A stretch of DNA of 63,861 bases, counting the filler, from Octopus bimaculoides (taxonomy: Eukaryota), in the NCBI RefSeq assembly GCF_001194135.2. It is 8 parts of 8 records of this genome, joined end to end, with 100 filler letters (N's around TTAATTAATTAA, not from the genome) between each part and the next. Parts side by side here need not be neighbours in the genome. Positions count along the whole stretch, not along the records: positions 22,514 to 28,560 come from NC_069000.1; positions 28,661 to 38,369 come from NC_069004.1; 6 more parts are not named here. One strand, given 5' to 3'. Below the pieces are notes generated by a model. That model saw only the letters and a program-made list of their open reading frames with translations. It did no database searches and was not told the origin of the DNA. Positions 25,805-37,506 of the stretch are shown piece after piece. Both the position numbers and the translations under genes were made by a program. The first letter of the stretch is position 1; each line of letters begins with the position of its first letter.

Positions 25805-26036
25805 AAGGCGGCGAGCTGGCAGAAACGTTAGCACGCCGGGCGAAATGCTTAGCGGCATTTTGTCTGCCGTTACGTTCTGAGTTCAAATTCCGCCGAGGTC
25901 GACTTTGCCTTTCATCCTTTCGGGGTCGGTAAATTAAGTACCAGTTGTGCACTGGGGTCGATGTAATCGACTTAATCGCTTTGTCTGTCCTTGTTTGTCC
26001 CCTCTATGTTTAGCCCCTTGTGGGCAATAAAGAAAT
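25805..26036 (+). mobile_element. Octopus SINE family B (aaggcggcgagctggcag head), young copy nested in an older reverse copy
   Basis: Contains the core ccgaggtcgactttgcctttcatcctttcggggtcg.taaattaagtaccagtt found many times in the window; flanked by an 18-bp near-duplication (25782-25799 / 26037-26054). Confidence 0.88.
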
Positions 26037-27317
26037 AAGAAACACCGCTAAGCAATTTTTTTCCCGGCACGGTTACGATTCTGCTAACTCGCTGCCTTAA
26101 TAAAACAACTAAGATTGAGGTAGGATGGACATGCCAATCCTAAATAAGATCCCATTTCCACTGAGGTTAGCTTCTTTTTTTATATATTCTTCTTCTGAGT
26201 CTATAAAATATGTGCCAGTCCAGAACCGCCGATGGCACAACTCCCTTTATCTTCCTTCCAAAAGATGCGCGACCTCATACCTATTTTGGAAACCCTTATA
26301 TATATTTCTTACATGTATTGTACCTAGAAGCATTTTTGGTTATGTCCCTCTTATGTCGACTTTGTCATACAGCAGAGATCAACTCATTCACGTATCAGTC
26401 AAATACTGAATTTGTCAGTTCCTTCTTTCAGATTTCTCTCTTTGAACCCATTTTCGTTTTTCCTTGAGCCTTAGGACTTCATAATGCTTGTTACCTTTTT
26501 GCAATGCTGTACAAGTGACCAACATCACAACGTTGCTCCTGGACGAGATGCCGTTGCGGGCCTTGAATCGTTGCAGGATTCAAGGCCCGTAATTATATTG
26601 ACCCCCAGTATTTGATCGGTTGTGGTAGTCTCCTGTAATACGAGAAAGACGGTTCTGGAAGTTCTTACTGAACAACCTGCAAAAATGGTTTCTTTTTAGT
26701 AATCAAGTATATGTTTCGCACTTTAGCTCACTGCCCTCCATCAAATCAACGTTGCCTGAACAGGTACATAGTACACCACACGTCAGGTGTCGAAGAGATC
26801 CCAGAGCAACGTGAGGTAAAGTGTTTTGCTCAAGAACACAACGCAGGATTTGAAACCACGATCTCGCGATCATGTGTGCAACATGCTAATCACTAGACCA
26901 TGTACCCTTTACACTTAACTGGAATTTTATTGGTATATCACCCAAATACATCAATCTTACACTTCCTGTAAGCAGCACGGACTGTGAAAGCAGCTTTTCC
27001 AAACTTCAGAAGATCAATTGTCTGTGGAATTCCACGTCGAACAACAGACCAGACGAATTAGAGTGGACAATTTACACTGGATAATTAATTTAGACTGGAT
27101 AATTAATTTAGACCAGACAATATAGACTACACAAAGTTGGCCTCGATGGGATTTAAGCTCAGAGCGTAAAGAGGCAGAAGTGTCACTAAGCATTTTTGTC
27201 CGACACTCTAACAATTTTTTGAGCTCGCTGCCTTAGATTTGTACTTATGTGAATAACAAGAATGATCACCATTATGAATGTTAGCTCATTATGTTATCCC
27301 TGTTGTTTTTCCTCCAG

Positions 27318-27479
27318 GTGGTCATAGTATCGAAGGCCATACAATACAAAGTAATCACACTTCAGTCGTATGTTTACCCACAATGGGCACAAACTGTTGG
27401 CTGGTTGATAGTTATCATTCCACTTATGATTATTCCAGTATACTTCGTAGTGAAACACTGCCAAAGCGGAGGTTATCAG
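27318..27479 (+). CDS. SLC6 transporter, EL6-TM12 exon, 162 bp
   Basis: tttttcctccag|GTG GTC...TAT CAG|gtaagt; VVIVSKAIQYKVITLQSYVYPQWAQTVGWLIVIIPLMIIPVYFVVKHCQSGGYQ carries the SLC6 Y.YP.WA...GW......IP motif; phase 0 in fits the preceding exon. Confidence 0.92.
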
Positions 27480-27784
27480 GTAAGTAGACATATTATATAG
27501 ATATTATTGTAAAATATAGACCCCGGAGTATGAGGGTAGAAATTGTTAAACACTAAATAGAATCATCATCACTATCATCATCATCATCATCATCATTACC
27601 TGAACATTACTGTCTCGAGTCCTAGATACTCATGGGGTCGGTTACCCGTTTTCCATGGGGTATAAGTGAACGAGATCACAGCATTCTCCCTGAACGGGAC
27701 GCCAGTTGTTTTTTTCAGATTGGGTGGTATTGAACCCAATGCTCCGATGACAATAGGGATAACCTTTATATTTGACTCTCGTAG

Positions 27785-28190
27785 CTACCACATGTTAGCG
27801 ACCTCAGTTCTCAGATCTCCATATTTATCAACCTTTTCTCTTTCTTGCATGATGATATGTTGATCTCCTGGCACTGACACATCAGTTATTGAGCACTCTT
27901 GTTTGTCCCTCCTAAAGGTTACTATATCCGGCCTTCCGTGCTCTAACATCCTGTCTGTCTGGAAATCAAAGTCCCAGAGGATTTTTGCCTTCCCCTTTTC
28001 ATCCATCACCTTTCCCGGTGTATATTGGTACCAAGCAACCATAACCTCATATCCATACTTACGGCATAGTGGCCAGTGGAGGTGTCTACGCTTGAACTCT
28101 TTCTGCGCAAGACTTTCACAAGCACTAACAATGTGAGTCACGCTTTCGACCCTCTTCCCACACATTCTGCAGAGGTCCGTTGCACTTGTG
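27785..28190 (-). mobile_element. R4/Dong-like (restriction-like endonuclease) LINE 3' fragment
   Basis: CRMCGKRVESVTHIVSAC zinc knuckle, KILWDFDFQTD, RPDIV, DVSVP and EKVDKYGDL form the RLE PD..D..K domain. Confidence 0.88.
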
Positions 28191-28211
28191 TGGTTATTAT
28201 TATTATTATTA

Positions 28212-28249
<38 letters not shown>

Positions 28250-28660
28250 GAGTGAGAGAGCAGTGCATGTCATCAAAGTGACACTGGAGTAAAATATACG
28301 AAACCCATTATACCTATCATGACTACCGTCTGATAAGGGCACACCAGGCACATGCATCACAACCATATGTGTGCGACATGGTGATCTCATATCAAGATAA
28401 ACAGCACATGACCTTGCAGGTGGGGCCCAGTAAGAATTTTCTTCAGGTCGAGTAGCCCATTCCGCTCAAAAGGTCCCTGAATAAGGTTTGTTTAAGGATG
28501 TTGAGCAAGACACCCATGTTTCCAAAGGTGAATTATTCAAACCCCAAAGAATTCCTCTCANNNNNNNNNNNNNNNNNNNNNNNNNNNNNNNNNNNNNNNN
28601 NNNNTTAATTAATTAANNNNNNNNNNNNNNNNNNNNNNNNNNNNNNNNNNNNNNNNNNNN

Positions 28661-28714
<54 letters not shown>

Positions 28715-30034
28715 TGGTGTCCAAGACTTAAAGAGCAAGTACTGGGGTTATTTGCTTGATTTACCCTACAAAGCGGTCTCTCCCAGCATGGCCGTAAGCC
28801 AAGGACTGAAATACGTGAAAGAGCGAAAGAGTTAAAAAGAGTATTAATACAAGCAAACATAATCACACACATACAAACATAAATACACTTATGCATTATA
28901 CATACATTATATATACACACGTTCATACATACTCAATGTATATATATATATTTATANNNNNNNNNNNNNNNNNNNNNNNNNNNNNNNNNNNNNNNNNNNN
29001 NNNNNNNNNNNNNNNNNNNNNNNNNNNNNNNNNNNNNNNNNNNNNNNNNNNNNNNNNNNNATATACACACACATACATACTTGCATACAAACGTAAATAT
29101 ACACATGTATAATACACGCATAAACACATATATAGACACATATAAATATACATATACATACATAAAACTTCATCATTCAGCACATCAAAGGTGAAGTAAA
29201 ATACGGCAGACACATTATTGTCCAAATCTCCCAATATTTTATTTTAAACATAAAGCTCGAAAACATCAGTGGTTGTGTGCACCTCATAAATCATTTAGTA
29301 GCAAATAATGGTTCTTAGTCAATAGGGCTGTCTGAAAGAAATCATAACAGCAGAAGTTTCAATAAACAGATAACGAATACGAAGCAATAAGCAAAGTTAT
29401 TCTCAATAATATTTGGAATAATAAATAATATTTTTAAGTATTATGAAGGTATAAAATGTGGAACTTTACAACAAAAGGTATATTATGTGCAGACACCGGC
29501 TGTATACCGACTGGCGATATTTGAGTAATTAAGAGAGAAGAAGAGAGAGAAAAAAGAAATGAGAGGGAGAGTTAGAGCATGTGAGAGTGTTTATCAGTGT
29601 AAATATGTGTGAATTTGCGTTTATATATGTGAAGATATTGGTGCGGGTGAATTTATTGAGGTGTGTGTTGAAGTAGTATGTGTTAATGTGTGTGAATGCA
29701 GATGCATATATGTAAGTGCTTGTTTGTGTCTGTGTGTGTGTGTTCATGTATATGTATATTTGTGGATGAATGCGAATGTATAGATGTAGATGTATTGATC
29801 GTGTGCGTATATGGGAATGTGTATAAATGTGTATATGAATGCGTGGATGTTTGAATGTGGGTGCAAAGTGAATATATGTGCATGTATGTGATAAATGTAT
29901 TCGCGTGTGTGCGTGTGTGTGTGTGTGTGAGGATATATACGGAAGTGTGTGCGAATGTGCGCTTTGGAAAATATGCGAGTAAGTAATGCGCATGTAATTG
30001 TGCGTGTGAATATATTTATCTGTATTCATATGTG

Positions 30035-30082
<48 letters not shown>

Positions 30083-31231
30083 CGTACGTGTGTGTGTGTT
30101 TGTGTGTGTGCTTGTGTGTGTGTGTACAAAAGTATGTACCTCTGTATGTGCACACATTTGTATGTGGACATCTATATGTGCGTGTATGCGTCTATGGACA
30201 GATATGTGTGAGTCGAATTCTCGAAAGCTATTTGGGTATTCACAAGACGAAGAAATTAATTCGCGCAAACATCTGATGCCTTAAAAATCCAATCAAGATA
30301 TTGAATAATTCATCACTTTATGCACACCACGAAGTTAAATTCTATCTACAGTTACTTCAGAGAAATCCAAGATTACCAAAGTACTAAATCCATAGCAACG
30401 GCTTCGCGTAGATAAAGACGTTCTTCTACAAAACTAGACATTTTATTTTTTAGAAATCGTTGTGGATGGTTTTTAATGGTTTGCCCCAGTTTGTGTTGTG
30501 CCACGCATTCCAACAGTAGAAATATTTGTTTTGACTTTTGGTACACGGTCAGCAATTATTATTAGGGGACAGAGCAAGTCGGTTACGCTGACTCCAGGAT
30601 TTGGTCTGGTATTTTATTTAAAAGGATGACAGGAAAAGTTGACCTCGGTGGAAGATGAACTCACAACGTATAAAACTGGAAGATGCTGCTAAGCGTTTTG
30701 TCCGACGTACAAATGATTCCTGCTGTCCCACTGCCTACACTGCAGAAATAATAAAGTCTGACACACGGTCATATATATTGGTGGTCGGTGGGATCATTCA
30801 ACTAAATAGATAGGGGCACTTGAACGGTATTTTAGTTTATCAACCTTTAGAATGTTAGCAGTCGCCAGTACCGAAATCGTTGTAATTCTCAATTCACAGT
30901 TGACGATGATCTGGCAATACTAACATACATACATACATACATACATACACACATACATACATATATACATACATAGCTACATACATACATACGTACATAC
31001 ATTCCCATTTTCCTAACACAGGCAATTAGCTGTACAGGGAAAATTTGTAAACCATTTCTAATATTCTGCATTTGAGTGTCGTGGGTGGACATATGCACAA
31101 GATCAAATACACATAGGGAATAACACACTGACCTACACAGATATACAATAATGAAGCACATATACTTATGTAGTAATGTGACTCGCACACCTACGAAAGA
31201 AGTGTAAGTTTATTTGCATGCAAACACGTAT

Positions 31232-31266
<35 letters not shown>

Positions 31267-31687
31267 ATACATGTAAATATATATATGCGTGTGTGTGTGT
31301 GTGTGTGTGTGTGCAACAGCCAGTTTAGATAACTACAAAACCTGGGGACCATTATGATTAATGGAAAATGCCTTCTCACACAACTTTTCTTTCATCAGCA
31401 ATGAACCAGTTACTGTTGTTATATAAGAGCGTCCACCTCATGGTGAGCATGAACGATGCCTAGGGACACATAGCTGACGAAACGTAACGATGGACAAACG
31501 CATACGTCCTACAGTCTTGTGATGTCTTTCATGTCTTAATGTTTCCAATGACAGTCTCTCTATAAGGAAAGTTTCTTCTCTTGAATGTGTCTGTGTAGCA
31601 TATGGCCTTTCCATGTTAAAGTGTACACGAATGTTAAATTTGATTATGTACAACCATATTTCATTAACCACTGCGTACTGCGTCTCT

Positions 31688-32069
31688 GGAGGCGCAATGG
31701 CCCAGTGGTTAGGGCAGCGGTCTCGCGGTCATAGGATCGCGGTTTCGATTCCCAGACCGGGCGTTGTGAGTGTTTATTGAGCGAAAACACCTAAAAGCTC
31801 CACGAGGCTCCGGCAGGTGATGGTGGCGAACCCTGCTGTACTCTTCCACCACAACTTTCTCTCACTCTTACTTCCTGTTTCTGTTGTGCCTGTAATTCAA
31901 AGGGTCAGCCTTGTCACACTGTGTCACGCTGAATATCCCCGAGAACTACGTTAAGGGTACACGTGTCTGTGGAGTGCTCAGCCACTTGCACGTTAATTTC
32001 ACGAGCAGGCTGTTCTGTTGATCGGATCAACTGGAACCCTTGACGTCGTAACCGACGGAGTGCCAACAA
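31688..32069 (+). mobile_element. Full-length tRNA-derived octopus SINE (OR-like, family A) with perfect 11-bp target-site duplication
   Basis: tRNA-like head (ggcgcaatggcccagtggttagggcagcgg.ctcgcgg...ggtttcgattccc), body shared with other copies in the window, TSD actgcgtctct at 31677-31687 and 32070-32080. Confidence 0.9.
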
Positions 32070-32776
32070 ACTGCGTCTCTAATTAATTTATTTTCCAGCA
32101 TGAAAATTTTTTATGCACTCAGAAAATATACGATTTACTATAAACAAAAATATCTTCTCACACGGCTTTTCGTACACGTAACATTTGCTATTCTAATATA
32201 AGAGCGTCCAGTTCAGAATGGCCATGAAGGAAGGTTCGAGATATTTAGCTGACCAAGGGAGGTGACTCAGAGATGTAGGCGCCATACGATCTATTCATGT
32301 CATTCCTGGAGTAGCAGTGAGTTAATGCAGTGTATAGTCTTACCACGTTCAACTGTACACGAACATGTCATATATGATTGTAGAAAAATATAGTTCACTC
32401 AACGCTACTTTGTGCGTCTTTAATTAATAAACACACTCACACACACACACTCACATTGCTATGAGGGACACATGTAACAATTTATGTGTGGGAGTCGTAT
32501 GAGTGTGTGTGTGGGCGGGAGCGTGCGTGCCTGTCTGTCAAGATGCTGACAGTCGTACTTTTCTAAAGTAACATAGACAGATCTAAGCTGGAATTTCCTA
32601 GTACATATTTGGTTCAAATGCTAACCAACTGTATGACGGTGAGTTATATACAAAAACAAAAAATACTATTCACTAACATACCATTCACTTCAACCACTAC
32701 AACAATAACAGCAGCAACAACTACAACAAGTACGGCAATACACATACATTCGTGCAAAAACACACATGCACACACA

Positions 32777-32811
<35 letters not shown>

Positions 32812-32869
32812 GTATGTATATACATCACGTAGGTGGTGCGCAAGCACGCACACACACACACATAATATA

Positions 32870-32940
<71 letters not shown>

Positions 32941-33127
32941 TATACATACATATATACATATATATACACATATATATATTTACATACATATAAACATATA
33001 TAAATCTGTCTATATATCTATCTATCTATTTCTCTGTTTACCTAGGTAGCTATGTGTGTGCGTGTGTTTGTTTATATGTATACATATATATGTTTAATAT
33101 GTATGGATATATATATATATATATATA

Positions 33128-33241
<114 letters not shown>

Positions 33242-33707
33242 TTTAGAGGGCGTCTGCGTGTGTGTGTTAATGTGTCCATATATGTGTGTATATATTTGTG
33301 TCTGTGTATACGTGTATGTGTATGTGTATGTGCCTGTGTGTGTCTGTGTATATGTGTGTATGTGAGGATATGCTCGAGCATATGTACGCACGTATACGTG
33401 TATGTGTGTATGTGTGCGTGTGTCTGCGCGCACGCGCATGGGTGGGTGTATATGTGTGTGTGAGCGCGTGTATTCATTTGACCCAGTAGTCTATGAGAGA
33501 TGTCAGTGAAGAGACATAGGCCTTGTATATTTGCCAAAATCTATCAGACTGATTGCTATTTCTGTTGCATATTTACAGACACAGAGAAAAGAGTAAGTCT
33601 CGTTGATGTATATCCTTTCTGAACATACAGGCATATGCACATATAGGCATACACAGATATATAAATATATATGCATATATATATATATATTTAAAGACTG
33701 TCATACC

Positions 33708-33747
33708 GGCCATGACGAAGGGAAATAGCCCTGAAACTCGAGTCGCC
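33708..33747 (+). ncRNA. Degenerate minimal type I hammerhead ribozyme (Penelope-type)
   Basis: GGC-C(A)TGACGA-AGGG aaatag CCCT-GAAAC TCGA GTC-GCC: stem I GGC/GCC, stem II AGGG/CCCT, palindromic stem III; one extra base in the CUGA core. Confidence 0.6.
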
Positions 33748-34989
33748 TTTATATATATATATTTATATTTATATATTTATATATTTGATCCTTTATATTG
33801 AACACTCAATATTTCATCTACATTCAATACTTTATTTCATGGTGCCATCCATTTTTATTTTATTTTATATTATATATTGTATATTATATTATATATTGTA
33901 TATTCCATATTCTATACCCCACATTAGTTCTGCAGGAATATAAATAAAACATAAAAAACAGACAGTGTTGGAACTCTTTTAAGCAAAATAATATATTCCT
34001 CTNNNNNNNNNNNNNNNNNNNNNNNNNNNNNNNNNNNNNNNNNNNNNNNNNNNNNNNNNNNNNNNNNNNNNNNNNNNNNNNNNNNNNNNNNNNNNNNNNN
34101 NNNNNNNNNNNNNNNNNNNNNNNNNNNNNNNNNNNNNNNNNNNNNNNNNNNNNNNNNNNNNNNNNNNNNNNNNNNNNNNNNNNNNNNNNNNNNNNNNNNN
34201 NNNNNNNNNNNNNNNNNNNNNNNNNNNNNNNNNNNNNNNNNNNNNNNNNNNNNNNNNNNNNNNNNNNNNNNNNNNNNNNNNNNNNNNNNNNNNNNNNNNN
34301 NNNNNNNNNNNNNNNNNNNNNNNNNNNNNNNNNNNNNNNNNNNNNNNNNNNNNNNNNNNNNNNNNNNNNNNNNNNNNNNNNNNNNNNNNNNNNNNNNNNN
34401 NNNNNNNNNNNNNNNNNNNNNNNNNNNNNNNNNNNNNNNNNNNNNNNNNNNNNNNNNNNNNNNNNNNNNNNNNNNNNNNNNNNNNNNNNNNNNNNNNNNN
34501 NNNNNNNNNNNNNNNNNNNNNNNNNNNNNNNNNNNNNNNNNNNNNNNNNNNNNNNNNNNNNNNNNNNNNNNNNNNNNNNNNNNNNNNNNNNNNNNNNNNN
34601 NNNNNNNNNNNNNNNNNNNNNNNNNNNNNNNNNNNNNNNNNNNNNNNNNNNNNNNNNNNNNNNNNATATATATATATATATATATAATCTTCTTTTGTTA
34701 GGAACAGTTTGATGTATCGATGAACAGTCAACAGCGTTGGAAAGCTTCAAGTTTCGAGTTATATTCGAGAAAATGTTAGCTGATATGGAGGACTGGAGAC
34801 GATCTAAATACTAGATTTGCACCGGCTATCAAAGTGCCAATAGTATGATTGCTGCTCGATGCACTGTGAACACTGAAAGGGCTGCAAGGCTCGACATGGA
34901 CATCAGGAAAAAGCAAGTTCCCTTAAACTTTGAGAGTCTTATGGTGTGTCTCCAGGGAAGTTGTACATGATGTACCCTAAATCGTTGAA

Positions 34990-35505
34990 CAGGGATTAGG
35001 CTCAATTCAAATAGCTTTACGAAGCTATGGAGACTGTGGTCAGTCCTTGGCTGGAGAGGGTCACTGCTTGAAGGCTACGTGTGCTCGCAGGATTCGGTTC
35101 CCTGCAATATCTCCGGAATGAGCCGGAACTGCTTGTCGGAAAATTTCTACTTCTCCAGCCCTGTTGTTTGGCCTCCGAATCTTCCCGATTATAATGGCAT
35201 GGTTTATTACGTATATTGCGGCTGTGAGAAAGACACCAACAAGCTCTGCCTTCAACACCAAGGCCGAACTGGTGGCTAACATCAAGGAGATGTTCGAAGA
35301 TCTTCGCGGCAACACAGCAAGGAACGCATGCACTGGGATCAGGCACCGTTCTGACGCGTTCAAAAAAGCTGAGGGTATCTGCTTTCCCAGTCATAATCCA
35401 GTTGGCATATTTTTTTCATTTTTCTTAAATACAATTATTTTTTCGATTTAATGTTATCTTTCTTCTTCCTTTTAATCGAACAGTTAAAATTAGTCCGAAC
35501 ACCCA
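34990..35505 (+). mobile_element. Tc1/mariner (maT-like) transposase remnant
   Basis: METVVSPWLERV, QDSVPC, SENFYFSSPVVWPPNLPDYNGMVYYV and NTKAELVANIKEMFEDL..TARNAC across frameshifts. Confidence 0.8.
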
Positions 35506-35507
35506 AT

Positions 35508-35693
35508 ATATACGACCATTTTACGTTGAGAGCACCGGTTCTCGTCCGATTACCGAAGTTTAGCAACATCGAGCCTAGTTAGTACTTAGATAGGTGACCG
35601 CTTGGGAAACCTAGGTGCTTTAAGCATTCCAACACTCCACTGGCGGTGCCCCAGCGGGGCCCCAGCCTCAAGGCTGAAACGTCTAAAAGGATA
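35508..35693 (+). mobile_element. 5S rRNA-derived sequence (pseudogene or SINE3-like) fused to an octopus SINE-type tail
   Basis: 35511-35626 reads tacgaccat..acgttga.agcaccggttctcgtccgat.accgaagtt.agcaac.tcgagcc..gttagtactt.gat.ggtgaccgc.tgggaa, colinear with eukaryotic 5S rRNA but with many substitutions. It is followed by ggcggtgccccagc..ggcc.cagcc..ggctgaaac, a tail related to those at 1176-1210, 14108-14145 and 28736-28812. Confidence 0.8.
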
Positions 35694-36243
35694 AATATAT
35701 ATATANNNNNNNNNNNNNNNNNNNNNNNNNNNNNNNNNNNNNNNNNNNNNNNNNNNNNNNNNNNNNNNNNNNNNNNNNNNNNNNNNNNNNNNNNNNNNNN
35801 NNNNNNNNNNNNNNNNNNNNNNNNNNNNNNNNNNNNNNNNNNNNNNNNNNNNNNNNNNNNNNNNNNNNNNNNNNNNNNNNNNNNNNNNNNNNNNNNNNNN
35901 NNNNNNNNNNNNNNNNNNNNNNNNNNNNNNNNNNNNNNNNNNNNNNNNNNNNNNNNNNNNNNNNNNNNNNNNNNNNNNNNNNNNNNNNNNNNNNNNNNNN
36001 NNNNNNNNNNNNNNNNNNNNNNNNNNNNNNNNNNNNNNNNNNNNNNNNNNNNNNNNNNNNNNNNNNNNNNNNNNNNNNNNNNNNNNNNNNNNNNNNNNNN
36101 NNNNNNNNNNNNNNNNNNNNNNNNNNNNNNNNNNNNNNNNNNNNNNNNNNNNNNNNNNNNNNNNNNNNNNNNNNNNNNNNNNNNNNNNNNNNNNNNNNNN
36201 NNNNNNNNNNNNNNNNNNNNNNNNNNNNNNNNNNNNNNNNNNN

Positions 36244-36282
<39 letters not shown>

Positions 36283-37506
36283 GTATACGATGGGATTCTA
36301 CCAAATCCACTCACAAGGCTTTGGTCGGCTCGAGACTATAGTAGAAGACACTTGCCCAAGGTGTCCACGCAGTGGAACTGTACCTGGAACCGTGTGGTTG
36401 GGAAGCAATCTTCTGACCAAAGATACACACACACACATACACACACATACATATATAAGAAGATAATTTTATAACTTCCGTTAAACCGAAAGGCAATTTC
36501 GTTAAACCGAAGAACAAAAACAAAAATAAAAATAGGACTGCAGCTGGAAGTGCTCAGGGGACACCGAGGCGAAAGGAAAAATAAATTGAAAGGTATAATG
36601 AATAAACAAACAGTCCAATCGGTCAAAACAGTTTTATATCATTCCCAAAATGGACTTAAATGAACTAATTATATTTTTTTATTTATACTCTTGTATTTTC
36701 ATATATTTATATTTATATTATTTTAGCTCGATTGCTTTAAATTTCTAGTCGCCTTTATTATGCATGAATTTATTCCATATATTTTTCTTCTTTCGATTTC
36801 ACTCGTATTACTCTTTTAGGTTTTATCACCTTTTATTCCTACATTTGTGTATATTTTATACTATTGGGTTTTACCAATGGATGCCCTATTATATCAATAT
36901 ATATTTATATTCGATTTTTGATAATTTGGGAATGATTTAGATTTGTTTTGACCGATTGGAGTGTTTATTCATTATACCTGTGTGCGAGTGTCTATGCGGG
37001 TGTGTATATATTTCTATTATTGTTTCTGGCGAATGTGTGGATGAGCATGTGTGTGTTTCAAGTGAGGGTGGATGAGTATATATATACATATAGGCACATG
37101 TACGTGGGTGTGCGGGCACGTAAGTGTATGTATGGACGTGCGCGTTTACGTGATTGCTATGAACATTTTTACTCCCTTACCTTTACTCCCTCCCTTTATT
37201 TATCAGTCATCCTAATAGCTCTTTTGTCTTAATAACGGTCAACCACACAGTAATTTCCCTTTGTTTAACATTAATTTTCATAGCATTTTCTTCAATGGCC
37301 CGATAACTGAAGAGATGCCGGCGTGGATTTCCGCCCCGACATCCAAAACTCGGAGTTTTATCATGGCTACCGAATAATTGTCACACATATTTACAGATAA
37401 ATTCCTCTATTTACATAATATCGAGGTCTCTTTCATTCTTTTGTTGTCTTACCATTTCTATCAATATATATATACATGCATACATGCATACACACAAGCA
37501 TACATA

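Noticed and set aside
30352-30387. ctacag|LLQRNPRLPKY* as the SLC6 terminal exon
   Set aside because: Phase fits, but it is too short and lacks any SLC6 tail motif; cannot be supported without transcripts.
31340-31357. TWGPL* as the SLC6 terminal exon (WGP motif)
   Set aside because: Nearby acceptors do not give the phase-0 frame required after the 27479 donor.
31688-31765. tRNA-Arg-like sequence
   Set aside because: It is the head of SINE family A (continuous with the SINE body and TSD), not a tRNA gene.
35508-35627. Functional 5S rRNA gene
   Set aside because: Many substitutions in otherwise invariant stems, single copy here, and fused to a repeat tail.
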